Source: a candidate division FCPU426 bacterium (GTDB taxonomy: Bacteria > Oederibacteriota > PGYV01 > Palsa-1178). From it: a stretch of 64,000 bases of DNA. The stretch covers positions 1,312,001-1,376,000 of the forward strand of contig CAWIXE010000002.1 of NCBI GenBank assembly GCA_963840035.1. Reading direction: 5' to 3'. Position numbers and translations under genes: made by a program. Shown here in pieces: positions 20,955 to 31,300 of this stretch (the stretch's first letter is position 1; the number at the start of each line of letters is the position of its first letter). The notes under the pieces were generated by a model. It saw nothing but the letters and a program-made list of their open reading frames with translations. It did not search any database and was not told the origin of the DNA.

Positions 20955-23900
20955 TTACTTGCTTTTTTCTTCCTTTTTATCGTCTGTATTCTTCGCCGGC
21001 GCCTTAAATAGGTCCGGATACGCGCTCTTTATCTCCTCTTTCCTTGCCGCGGCCGCTGTCACATACTCTTTCTGGCCACCACTTACAGCCACTTCTTCAT
21101 ATGCCGCGACAGCGCCCTTCCAGTCAGACTTTCCCTCACAAATGGTCGCGAGGTTAATCAGCCCGGATACCCTGAATATGGAATCCTTGGGCTGGGCTTT
21201 GAACAGCTGTGTTAATGTCTGTATTGCCATTTCAGGATTTTCCAGGGTGGTGTATATGTCGCCTGCCCTGTACATGGCCTCGGTTTTAATCGCGTCATTG
21301 GCCCCATTTACCGCCAGCGCCGCGTATTCAGCGAGGGCGTCCTTATATCTTTTGGCCTCCAGGTACATACCCGCTATCTGGAGCGCTATGTCATTTGACT
21401 TTGGGTCCTTGGGAAATGTCTTTGCAAAAAGTTTATATACCCGGATGGCTTCATCCTGCTTGCCTGATTCCCCGTATGCCAGGGCCAGGTTATACATGGC
21501 GTTTGTTTCGTATTCCGTTCCCGGATACTGCTGGATAATCCTCTCATAATAGAATATCGCGTCAGGATAACTCTTGGACATGTAGGCCGCCGTCGCCAGC
21601 CTGAAAGTCACGTCTGAAGCAAGTTCGTGTTTGGGGTAATTTTTAATAAAAGCCTTGTACGCGGCAACCGCTTCCGCCATCTGCTGAAGGCCTTCGTAAC
21701 AGGCGCCCACATAGTAATGCGCGTTTACTGCCATGGTGTCGTTCGGGAACTGCTCTATGAGCTTATTGAACGCGTCGATTGATTCCTTATACTTATTTTC
21801 GGTGTAATAGGTCTCGGCGGCCTTATACAGCGCGTTAACCGCGAGGTTGCTGTCCGGATATTTGTTATAGTACTCCAAAAGTGCTTTGGGGTCGTTGGTC
21901 TTTTCCGCCTTTTTATAAGTAGCCCTCTGCATTCCCTCTTCCACGCTTGTAACCTTATTGGAATCCGGATATTTCGTCATGAACCTTTTATAAGCGTCCA
22001 CTGCTTTTGCTTCCTGGTCCGAGTTGTAATAAACCTCGGCTATAGATAGCATGGCGTCTTCTGCCGTGTCTGTCTTCGGGTACTTGTCCAGTATTTCCTG
22101 GAATCCCGCGAGTGATTTTTCAAACTGCTGGGCTTTAAAATAAATATCAGACATCTTATAAAGCGCCTCAGCCGCCCTCTTGGACTTCGGGTACCTGCTG
22201 GCCAGGATCTGCCATGACTTTATGGCGTCATTATAAAATTCCTGCGTTTCAAAGACCCTTCCCTGCTGAAATAACGCCTCTGCCGTAGGTTCGAAATCCT
22301 TGTCCTTTTCATGGGCATACGCGAACTCGCCGTACTTGGCCGATGCCTTGTCATATTCCTTTTCACTGAAATATGAGTGGGCTATTAAAATGTCGCAGGC
22401 TTTCTTTACCTGGTCATTTGCCAGCGCGCTTGATACGACATCCTTTGCCATGGTCCTGGCACCGCGGTAGTTCTCAAGCTCATAATAGCACCATGCCAGG
22501 TTAGCCCTGGACTCAGTGACTATATCGCTGTCATAATAAACATCCACTATCTGCTGAAATGACTTTGCGGCAAGGCCGTACATGCCTGACTTAATGTAGG
22601 ATTTTCCGAGGTAATAATAAGCCCTTGCCCTGACCTTCGGGTTTGGCGCCTGGTATTTATCCGAAAGCGTGCCGAGCGTCATGGCCGCCTCATTAATAAG
22701 GAGGCTGTACTGCTGCTGGTCATAATAGCACAGCTCAATCATGAGCATGGCAGCGTCTGTCAGCCCTGAAAAGCCCACCTTATCTATTATATACTTGTAC
22801 GCCTCCACAGCCGGGCCGTATTGCTTAAGTTTGTAATCAGCCGTTCCCAGCAGGTAATATCCCAGCGGCAGGTTCTCATGTGTCACAAATTTTTCAACAA
22901 AAGACCTTAATACTCCCTGTGCCTTTTCGTACTTGCCCTGGGTCACATAGCACCAGCCGGCTTTAACCAGCCCTGAAGCATATACGTCATATATGTCCGG
23001 ATACGCAGCCATGAGTTTCTCATAAGCCGCGAGCGCCTGGTCATATTTCTTCAGCTGAAGGAAACACTCCGCGATCAGGTACTGGGCAAAAGCCTTAACC
23101 TTTTTATCCCCGGTCCCGTCCATGACCTGCTTGTATACCGCGGCTGCCGCCTCATATTTTTTGTCTTTAAATAATGCCGCGCCGCGTTTGTATATGGCGT
23201 AAGGAGCGAGGCTGCTTGTCGGGAATGTATTAATGAAGTTCAGATAATCAGCGGCAGCTACAGGATAGTTAAACGACTTGTAAAAAGCCTCTGCTTTGTT
23301 ATACATGGCGCTTTCATAATATTTTGATTTTTTCGCGTCAGCGCCCTCGCCCACATTTTTAAAGGCCTCCGCAGCCTCAGGATATTTATTCTGCTTTAAA
23401 AGGCTGTGCGCCAAATAATAATATGAGGCGTCTGATTTTAATGTTTTCAGCTTTGCCGCCGCGTCCTCGTACCTTTTCAGGTAAAAATCAATAAGGCCGC
23501 CGATGAACCTGACATTATCATCTTTGGTATAGTACGGATATTTTGCCAGAAAGTCGGAAAGCTCCCTGTCCGCCTTCTTGTAATCGGTAAGGTTCAGGTA
23601 TGAAAGCGATATGCCGTAGACTGCCTCCATTATAAAAAGGCTGTTTGTGTATTTGAAGCGGAACCTGGTCCAGTCATCAATGGCCTCGGAGTACTTGCCC
23701 ATGTTGTAATCCGCTTCGCCGAGCTTATACATGGCGCTGTCGGCAAAGGCGGTGGATGAAAAATCATCGGATAATTTCTTAAAAGTATCATAGGCCGGCG
23801 CGTATTTCTTCCCTTCATAGAGCGCCTCGCCTTTTAAGTACATAATCCTCGCCGACTCAAGCTTGCTTGTATCCTTCCACCTGGCTGTGAAGCCGTCCAT

Positions 23901-24068
23901 CTTGGCGATGGTATCATCGGCAAGCGGGGCCGCCTTATACGCGTCCAGCACAAGGTTCAGGTTCTTCTGCAGTTCCTTGTCGTCATCAGCCCTGGAATTC
24001 ACAGGCATGGTTGCGCATCCCACAAGAAAAGCCAAAAATGTCACTACCGCGAGTATTCTTTTCATCAT
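20955..24068 (-). CDS. Large TPR-repeat lipoprotein
   Basis: Lipobox FLVGC; many CpoB/BamD-like TPRs ending YP.S. Confidence 0.88.
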   Translation of the reverse strand: MMKRILAVVTFLAFLVGCATMPVNSRADDDKELQKNLNLVLDAYKAAPLADDTIAKMDGFTARWKDTSKLESARIMYLKGEALYEGKKYAPAYDTFKKLSDDFSSTAFADSAMYKLGEADYNMGKYSEAIDDWTRFRFKYTNSLFIMEAVYGISLSYLNLTDYKKADRELSDFLAKYPYYTKDDNVRFIGGLIDFYLKRYEDAAAKLKTLKSDASYYYLAHSLLKQNKYPEAAEAFKNVGEGADAKKSKYYESAMYNKAEAFYKSFNYPVAAADYLNFINTFPTSSLAPYAIYKRGAALFKDKKYEAAAAVYKQVMDGTGDKKVKAFAQYLIAECFLQLKKYDQALAAYEKLMAAYPDIYDVYASGLVKAGWCYVTQGKYEKAQGVLRSFVEKFVTHENLPLGYYLLGTADYKLKQYGPAVEAYKYIIDKVGFSGLTDAAMLMIELCYYDQQQYSLLINEAAMTLGTLSDKYQAPNPKVRARAYYYLGKSYIKSGMYGLAAKSFQQIVDVYYDSDIVTESRANLAWCYYELENYRGARTMAKDVVSSALANDQVKKACDILIAHSYFSEKEYDKASAKYGEFAYAHEKDKDFEPTAEALFQQGRVFETQEFYNDAIKSWQILASRYPKSKRAAEALYKMSDIYFKAQQFEKSLAGFQEILDKYPKTDTAEDAMLSIAEVYYNSDQEAKAVDAYKRFMTKYPDSNKVTSVEEGMQRATYKKAEKTNDPKALLEYYNKYPDSNLAVNALYKAAETYYTENKYKESIDAFNKLIEQFPNDTMAVNAHYYVGACYEGLQQMAEAVAAYKAFIKNYPKHELASDVTFRLATAAYMSKSYPDAIFYYERIIQQYPGTEYETNAMYNLALAYGESGKQDEAIRVYKLFAKTFPKDPKSNDIALQIAGMYLEAKRYKDALAEYAALAVNGANDAIKTEAMYRAGDIYTTLENPEMAIQTLTQLFKAQPKDSIFRVSGLINLATICEGKSDWKGAVAAYEEVAVSGGQKEYVTAAAARKEEIKSAYPDLFKAPAKNTDDKKEEKSK

Positions 24069-24211
24069 TTATTGTCCTCACCTTTGAATGAATTTTCAAT
24101 TTTACATTTTCAATTTTCAATTAAAAAAAAGCGCCAACCGGCACTTTAATAAAGTCCCTGTTTTTCAGCCTTCAATTTAAAATTGAAAATTCAAAATTTA
24201 AAATCGTTTTA

Positions 24212-25450
24212 TTATTCTTCCAGCTTTATGGATCCCGGCGACATCGGTATGGAGCTTGATATCTTTACCGTTTCCTTGCCGGATTCAATGACCTTTTTAT
24301 TTTTATCGATTACCTTCATGACGAGCTTGTATTCCCCGTCGCCTGACGGCAGTCCCCTGTCGTCTTTTCCGTCCCAAATAATCGATGCCGGCGGATTATC
24401 ATCGCCGCTGTATGTCCTTACGACGTCGCCGTCCTCATTGAATATATTCAGTTCCCATTCATTAATAGTGTATTTTGTAACCGCGTATATTGATATGGTG
24501 GTGTTTTTCTTCATGCCAACCGGCGAGAACATGGAAGGTTCAGCCTTTAAATTAATGTCAAAACCGCCGTAGAGCAGCGTTACCGATACCCTGTGCGCTA
24601 ACCCAAGTTCCTGCATGGCAATAGAATAGTCAACCTTAACCGGCTTTAAAAAATAGCCTATACCGAAGGTGTATTCAGACTCATCAATCCCCGCCCTTAA
24701 AGCAAGGTCCTGTATGGGGAAAGCCTCAAGACCCATCCTGAACTTAAGCTCTTTTTTAGACAATTCCTGCTCAAAATCAATTACTGGTATGATCCTGTCC
24801 CCCAGGAATTTAAAAGCAATACCGCCCCTTATAATAATGGGAAAAGACTCCGATGTCTGGTTGAGTTTAACAGACGCCGGTACTGCGTTTATAACTGAAA
24901 GCCCGAAGCTGAAAAAATCCGAAGGCACAAAAAGAAATCCCACGTCAAGCCCGTATCCCATGGCATTCTTGTCATATACCGATTCGCTGATGAGTTTTAA
25001 GTTCGCTCCGGCGCTGAGCCATGACGTGATATCCCTGGCATATGAGATTATATATGCCTGGTTTGTAACCGCAAAATTGCCTGTCCCCGGAGATTCCCAT
25101 AATCCGTTACGGGGATCAAAACCCGTGGTGCGAAGGCTCACAAACGAACCCGCAAAAGTGCCTATGCCCGAGACCGGATATGTAACAGCCGCAAAATCAT
25201 ACATCGTGTCATAAAATAATACAACGTGCTGCAGTGTTACCTGCAGTGGGTTTTGCAGGGCAAGCCCGGCCGGGTTGTAATAAACAGCCGAAGGATCGTC
25301 CGCCAGTCCCGTAAATGCCCTTCCCATCCCAAGCGACCTGGCGCCGGCGCCCCAGTTTAAAAACTCTCCGGGCGTCCCGTAATCGCCTTTTGCAAAGGCA
25401 AAAGACACGGCCGTCAGCAGGGCCAGCAGTATTAAAGACACTCTTTTCAT
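24212..25450 (-). CDS. PorV/PorQ-like (UPF0164) outer-membrane beta-barrel with C-terminal FlgD-Ig domain
   Basis: Start 25450 after GGAGG; FLNWGAGARSLGMGRAFTGLADDPSAVYYNPAGL; HRVSVT; MFSP...IIWDGKDDRG...DGEY. Confidence 0.82.
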   Translation of the reverse strand: MKRVSLILLALLTAVSFAFAKGDYGTPGEFLNWGAGARSLGMGRAFTGLADDPSAVYYNPAGLALQNPLQVTLQHVVLFYDTMYDFAAVTYPVSGIGTFAGSFVSLRTTGFDPRNGLWESPGTGNFAVTNQAYIISYARDITSWLSAGANLKLISESVYDKNAMGYGLDVGFLFVPSDFFSFGLSVINAVPASVKLNQTSESFPIIIRGGIAFKFLGDRIIPVIDFEQELSKKELKFRMGLEAFPIQDLALRAGIDESEYTFGIGYFLKPVKVDYSIAMQELGLAHRVSVTLLYGGFDINLKAEPSMFSPVGMKKNTTISIYAVTKYTINEWELNIFNEDGDVVRTYSGDDNPPASIIWDGKDDRGLPSGDGEYKLVMKVIDKNKKVIESGKETVKISSSIPMSPGSIKLEE

Positions 25451-25570
25451 AAATACCTCCGAATTAATTTTATATTTTACATTTTCAATTTTCAATTAAA
25501 AACACAAGCAAGCATGTTACATCCACGCCTGTCGCAATGAATCGAAAATTTAAAATTAAAAATTCAAAAT

Positions 25571-28500
25571 TTACTTCTGTACAGCGATCTTCCTAGCCAG
25601 TTTCTTCTTTGACCCGCCAAAAACAGCCTCAACCACGCAGATGTAGCCGCCGTTTCCGACAACTTCGCCTTTAGTGTTTTTGCCGTCCCAGTCAAATATG
25701 TTGACCTGGCCGCCAATAGCCCCGGCAGAGCCTGACATGATATCCTTGCTGTAAACCGCATCACCAAACAGCGAATAAATCCTGACCTTAACATCGCTGG
25801 AAGAATCAAGCAAATATGTTATGTGCGTAACCTCAGCCCCGGCCCTGAACGGGTTCGGGTAATTTGAAACCTGGTTTTCAGCCGGTTCCGCAAGTGAAAC
25901 ATTTACCGTCACATACCTGTATGTGCCGTTATACGCGGCCCTTATCAGGCATGATTCATTTGTAAGCCCGCCGTAAAATATTACCGAAGAGTCGCCGCCG
26001 GCGTTTGTCGACGCGCTGGCATTTTTCGTAAGGCCGCTGAATGTGCCGCTTCCTTTTATAACCGAGAAGCTGACATTAACGCCGCTTACAAAATTACCGT
26101 TTCCATCCACAACATTTCCGATGATATCATCGGCGGCATTTGCCCTTATATTCGGCCTGGACGCCCTTGCCGTAAATGTCACGGCATTCGGGTTTGCGCC
26201 GACTATAATGACCGGACACGGCGCTATATTATAAGATGGTAAAAGCGGTACCGAGCCCGTAACTTTAAGCCTCATGCTTCCGGAGGAGGTATACTGCATA
26301 TCGGCAATTTCCAGTTCCCCATTTACGACATTACCGCCCGGGAACGCTATCCCGGTCGAGTATAATAATGAGCCTGGCGCGTTCACGCTGGAATCAACTG
26401 GCACGGTCAGCGCCGGCGTCAGGTTAAAACTGTCATTTGAAGAGTATACCGGGTTATTTGAAACAGTGTCATTGACCTGCACTCGCACCCTAAATGTGGC
26501 GGGCGCCGCAAGGACATTGACAGTTTCAAGGCCGGTGAGCCTTCCGACCCATTCATTTTTGGATGTATCCCATACCTGAATGGCATAATATTTCTGATCT
26601 CCTACTATGGTCTTGATTGTGGCCGCCGTTGACTTAAGCGGATTGGAAGACGCGGTATCCGCAACATTCAATCCGACAGCCGTATAATATGTCACCAGGA
26701 AATTAGCCTGGAAATAGGCCGTACCTGTCGCCGGATTTATGGATACCAATTTCGGGTATGTAGGGCCGGTATTGTCCTCAGGTATTGATCCGTCATTTAC
26801 CCCTCCCGCGTAAAAACTTAATATCGCGCTTGAGCCCAAAGTAAAATTACCGAATTTATCGCAAGCCTGCGCTGATACCGGGAATGGCGCTCCATTGGTC
26901 TGGGTCCTTGCCACTCCGGAAATTCCGTTATACCATGTTGACGGGCCCCTCATGCCGCCTGAACCGCCTATTGGATAAAGCCCGGGCACCAGAACCTGAA
27001 GCCCGTATGAATCTCCAGGTATGGTCGTAAAAGTCATGCCGTTTGCCTGTAAACTAAAGGGTTCAATCGCGGGGCTTGATACATCCGCTTTTACCCACAT
27101 GCCAGGCGCGGCAGTATGGAATATGACATTAGTATGTACCTCACCGTCGGAAGCCGGAATTGTCGTCCTGGTTACAGGCACGCCGTAAATATCATTTGTG
27201 GTCACTGTCAGTGTATATCCGCTTAAGTCAGGGTAAGGCGTCTGAACTTTGTTTCCGTAAAGGTCGCAGGCCATAACCAGGAAGTCAGTCCCTGCGGGGT
27301 TATGGCTAACGTTATCATCGTTCACAGATACCTCAAAAGTCGGGTTAAACGGGCTTAAGTCCGGATTATACATGAGGAATGTGTTGTTATTCGGACCGCT
27401 GTATACGCCGGGGTCCGCATCCATTCCGGAAGCGATTATGAGCAGCCTTTTAAACACATTCGCAACCGTGGCTATGTCCGCGCTCCTGCCGTTTGGCGTT
27501 CCGAAGTTTGCGGTTATATACGCTTCAAACTCACCGCCCTTAAATATCTTTGTGCTGATTGTCGCTTCACCGTTGACAAGCGCGTACGCTGTCGGCGACA
27601 TGGTATTAGCGCCTGTCTGGCATTGAAGCGTTATAGGTTTGCTGAAAGGCTTTCCCACGTTCCAGCCATTATCGTGCACATTATCCCACTCGTCCATGGC
27701 CTTAACCACTATGTTAAACGGCTCGCCCGCGGTTACAGGCGTAACCGGCGCGTCGACGGTAAAATGGTGAAGTGTGTCATTATGATAAACGTGTATAGGG
27801 TCTGTCGTAAAATTATTTGCATAACCGCCGTCAGCCGTAACAGTCCTTAAGCCCGTAGTTCCGACCGTCTTTAAAACCATGTCCGAGAAAATAGCCCCTC
27901 CCGCAGTAAGAGACACGGTCCGGCTCAAGTCTATGCCGCCCAGCGACGCCCTGGGGTCAGATGAAGAAATGGTAACCGAATTTGACCCGAGATTGAAACA
28001 TCTGTTAAAAAACTCGTCAACAATCATTACATTCATGGTTGAGTTTGTGCCGGCCATTACATACTTGGGGTTTTTATTTATGTCATATCCCTTTATGTCG
28101 CTGGCCTGTATTCCGTCAGCGAAAGGCGATATGCCCGGCATGTGCTCCATCCCCTCAAAAATAATAAGGGTGCCTTTGGGCGCCGCCGGCACCAGGTTAA
28201 ATGAATTGCTCGGAATCGGCGTCATGTTGCCAAATGCCACGCTGAAGGTAATCTGCCCGCCCATCCATATCGGGGTGCTCTGGGACGCCCTGTACATGGT
28301 AACTTCAAAAACCGCCAGGCCTTTGGTAAACAACGGCGACTTAACCGGGTAAATACAAGGAAGGTCCGGGTAATTATTTGAAGCCGCAAGATTGACGTCG
28401 AAATTATTAAAACCCATCAGTATCTGGCCGTTTGAATCAACCGCCGTGATGGAAACCATGAACGGCACTCCCGCTGTCTGCGCGCCTATCGGCCCTCCTG

Positions 28501-31156
28501 ACGTGGTTGTTATCATAAAACCATACACGTCAAAGATGGATACCGGCTGGCTTGTGTCAGACGCAATTCCGCTGGCGTTTGTGGAAGCCGTTATGATATA
28601 TGAATTTGACGGCGAACCGCATTTTATCGTAAACGTCCTTGTCCCTGACGAGAGGTTTCTCGTCGTTGGAAGTGACCCTGTGCCGTCGATATTGGAATTT
28701 CCGTTATTTGAAGTGGTTACCGTGAACTGCTGTGTCGCTGTAGTCACGACGTTATAATAATCATCGCACATATTTACCCTGACAGTAAAATTCTGGCTTA
28801 TGCCCTGCCCTGTCGGGGTGCCGGTCTCGCCCAGCGTGGTTCCCGGCCTTGCTGTAACTCCCGGTACTATGACCTGGAACTTTTTAGGGGTGGAGCCGGC
28901 CGTAACCGTGACAAAACTGCTGAAACCCACATGGCCCGTAAACGAGACCATGTTCGGCGTATCGTTAAAGCTATCGCTTACAAAAAGCTGCGCTGTCTGC
29001 GTGCCCGCCCTGTAAAAACGGGCTATCAAATCCGCCCTTTCACCCTGCGCCGTGAATGTGACAGCCCATTTGTATGAATACTGCCCGGTGGTGTCCTGAA
29101 CGCTCGCGGTGGATGTAACGTCAATGGTCGACGCGTTAGGCAGCGTGTAATCAAGGTTGCTTGAAACATACACCACACCCGTATAATCGGTCTTCACATT
29201 GCCAAACTGGTCCCTGGCCCTGATTACGGGATTAAATGAAGCGCCCGCGGCCCTGGAAGACGGCATGCCGCCTATCTCAAAATACGCGACATTTCCCGCG
29301 CTTACAGATATGGTGTCAGTATAATCATTTGAATTGCCTGAAACTATGCCGGGATTAGTGGAATCAGCGGCTGAAATAGTCCGCGTGCCCACGCCGACCG
29401 AAAAAGTCCTGAAAATAAAGTGACACTGGGATTTACCTTCGGCAAGCGCGATGGTAAACGGGACCGGCGATGAATTGACCGTTGCGCTTAAATCGCTGGA
29501 ATCTATGACCACGTTATCCGTAACCGTATCTATAATATTCCCGAAGTAATCCGTGGCGTATACATCAAACGTAAAATCCTGCCCGACCGTCTGCGCGTCA
29601 GCCCCGGGCACCTTCCCAAAGGTTGTTTTGCTTCCGGCATCGTGGGCATCTCCGGGGGCCAGCAGCAAGATTTTGCTTAATGTACCGGCCAATACGTCAA
29701 AACTGTTTGTCGCGCCTTTTTTATTTGAATCAGAATCATCGGCCACGAGTATGGCCGCGGAAAATACTTTTTTGAAGATATAAAGCCTTATGCTGGCTAT
29801 GCCGCTTATACCGTTAAACGTACCGCCTGAGAAATCCCACTTATCCGTACTAAGCAAAGTTCCTCCGGGATAACCGCCCGTATACACGGAAACATCCACG
29901 GGCCCCGCATACGACGTAACCGTATTTTCATATAAATCCCTCGCGGATACTAAGGCTGTTATTTCCTGCTCTGTATTCACGGTTGAAATGGTATTTACGA
30001 CCTTGAAGTGGTCAATGGTGCTAAATGTCATCGGCGCGGTATCAATGTCATCTGCGGCAATGGCGGGTACATGGGAAACAGTAATATTTTGAGCGCCTGC
30101 GCCCACGGTCTTTAAAGTTATTGTAGTGGTCGCAACGCCTGATGACAGGGCCACCACAACCGGGGTAAACTGAGGATCTGCCGACGTTATGGAAACATTG
30201 CCTGTTATGGCGGTGTTAGTGTTCCAGTATGCGTCGCAGGCTATGATATTAACGCTAAACGGCGTTCCCGCTGTCCTCTGAGTCATGGCCTCGCTAACTG
30301 ACACCCTTCCGTTGCCGGTGGCTGTGCCGGGCAAATATGTCTGTCCGGGCCCTATAATCAGGAGCCTCGGCGAACTTGCATTAGCGTCAACTGAAAATCC
30401 TCCGGCGGTACTGGGCGATGTTAACGAAAGCGCCGGATACGAACAGTAAAAAGTCACCTTCTGCCCCGCTGCTGTCGCATCATAAAGGACTACGGGCACA
30501 TTAACCGCCACTCCCGCCGTAAATGTCACATTGCCGAGGTTCACGGTTATGTTCTGGCCGCCATACACGGCTGTAAGCGACGCTATACCGTAAAAACTCG
30601 TAACCGCCGCCGCGCCTGAATCCTGCGCGGTAACGCTTATGTTAAAAGATGTCCCCGCTGTTTTATTTGTGGTAAGCGCGCAAAAAGTAAACTGGTTTAT
30701 TTTTTGGGTTGTTATCGTAACAGAACCCGGCTGTATGCCCACTGATGTGGGCAGGTTATTCGCGTATAATCCCACCGCCCCGTTTACTACCGCCGAACTT
30801 ATGGTCGCCTGAATAATTTTCTTTGAGTTTAACACAGGTGTCGCCGATGAATTCGGGCTTGATAAATTAACCGTGGTCGGATCGGGTGAATACGCCACAG
30901 TCTGGCTGGCTGACAAATCAAGATCTGAAGCGCTTGTATTCACAGGTTCATTTGTTAAATCATTAATGGCATAAACAGTCACATTAAATGGCACTCCCGA
31001 GGTCTGCGGATTTGGAGCCCCGCCTTTTACCCCCGCCGGATTCCATGTCTCACCCGGCGCCACAAGCAAGTACCTGGTCGCCCCAAAAGCCGGTATCGCC
31101 AGAATAATAATAAGGAAAATAGAAAAAATGACTTTTTTGGTTATTTTTAAACCCAT
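25571..31156 (-). CDS. Giant (1861 aa) secreted Ig-like repeat protein with T9SS/FlgD-type CTD
   Basis: Signal peptide; repeated AG..F.V...A.D..GN motifs; C-terminal NYPNPF...WDGKN..GE.VGNGGY...RKIAVQK. Confidence 0.85.
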   Translation of the reverse strand: MGLKITKKVIFSIFLIIILAIPAFGATRYLLVAPGETWNPAGVKGGAPNPQTSGVPFNVTVYAINDLTNEPVNTSASDLDLSASQTVAYSPDPTTVNLSSPNSSATPVLNSKKIIQATISSAVVNGAVGLYANNLPTSVGIQPGSVTITTQKINQFTFCALTTNKTAGTSFNISVTAQDSGAAAVTSFYGIASLTAVYGGQNITVNLGNVTFTAGVAVNVPVVLYDATAAGQKVTFYCSYPALSLTSPSTAGGFSVDANASSPRLLIIGPGQTYLPGTATGNGRVSVSEAMTQRTAGTPFSVNIIACDAYWNTNTAITGNVSITSADPQFTPVVVALSSGVATTTITLKTVGAGAQNITVSHVPAIAADDIDTAPMTFSTIDHFKVVNTISTVNTEQEITALVSARDLYENTVTSYAGPVDVSVYTGGYPGGTLLSTDKWDFSGGTFNGISGIASIRLYIFKKVFSAAILVADDSDSNKKGATNSFDVLAGTLSKILLLAPGDAHDAGSKTTFGKVPGADAQTVGQDFTFDVYATDYFGNIIDTVTDNVVIDSSDLSATVNSSPVPFTIALAEGKSQCHFIFRTFSVGVGTRTISAADSTNPGIVSGNSNDYTDTISVSAGNVAYFEIGGMPSSRAAGASFNPVIRARDQFGNVKTDYTGVVYVSSNLDYTLPNASTIDVTSTASVQDTTGQYSYKWAVTFTAQGERADLIARFYRAGTQTAQLFVSDSFNDTPNMVSFTGHVGFSSFVTVTAGSTPKKFQVIVPGVTARPGTTLGETGTPTGQGISQNFTVRVNMCDDYYNVVTTATQQFTVTTSNNGNSNIDGTGSLPTTRNLSSGTRTFTIKCGSPSNSYIITASTNASGIASDTSQPVSIFDVYGFMITTTSGGPIGAQTAGVPFMVSITAVDSNGQILMGFNNFDVNLAASNNYPDLPCIYPVKSPLFTKGLAVFEVTMYRASQSTPIWMGGQITFSVAFGNMTPIPSNSFNLVPAAPKGTLIIFEGMEHMPGISPFADGIQASDIKGYDINKNPKYVMAGTNSTMNVMIVDEFFNRCFNLGSNSVTISSSDPRASLGGIDLSRTVSLTAGGAIFSDMVLKTVGTTGLRTVTADGGYANNFTTDPIHVYHNDTLHHFTVDAPVTPVTAGEPFNIVVKAMDEWDNVHDNGWNVGKPFSKPITLQCQTGANTMSPTAYALVNGEATISTKIFKGGEFEAYITANFGTPNGRSADIATVANVFKRLLIIASGMDADPGVYSGPNNNTFLMYNPDLSPFNPTFEVSVNDDNVSHNPAGTDFLVMACDLYGNKVQTPYPDLSGYTLTVTTNDIYGVPVTRTTIPASDGEVHTNVIFHTAAPGMWVKADVSSPAIEPFSLQANGMTFTTIPGDSYGLQVLVPGLYPIGGSGGMRGPSTWYNGISGVARTQTNGAPFPVSAQACDKFGNFTLGSSAILSFYAGGVNDGSIPEDNTGPTYPKLVSINPATGTAYFQANFLVTYYTAVGLNVADTASSNPLKSTAATIKTIVGDQKYYAIQVWDTSKNEWVGRLTGLETVNVLAAPATFRVRVQVNDTVSNNPVYSSNDSFNLTPALTVPVDSSVNAPGSLLYSTGIAFPGGNVVNGELEIADMQYTSSGSMRLKVTGSVPLLPSYNIAPCPVIIVGANPNAVTFTARASRPNIRANAADDIIGNVVDGNGNFVSGVNVSFSVIKGSGTFSGLTKNASASTNAGGDSSVIFYGGLTNESCLIRAAYNGTYRYVTVNVSLAEPAENQVSNYPNPFRAGAEVTHITYLLDSSSDVKVRIYSLFGDAVYSKDIMSGSAGAIGGQVNIFDWDGKNTKGEVVGNGGYICVVEAVFGGSKKKLARKIAVQK

Positions 31157-31300
31157 AATGAAAACCTCCCGCCATTATTTGAAGTTATTACAATACCCTA
31201 TATATAATAATAGAATTATGCCATTAAATCAAGTGATTTTTTAGAGCAATTTTGCAGGTTATGGAAAACCGTTTGAAAAAAGCCTTTAATATATGGGTGT

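Noticed and set aside
25451..25495. N-terminal extension of the PorV-like ORF
   Set aside because: Comes from the intergenic heptamer repeat; RBS supports 25450
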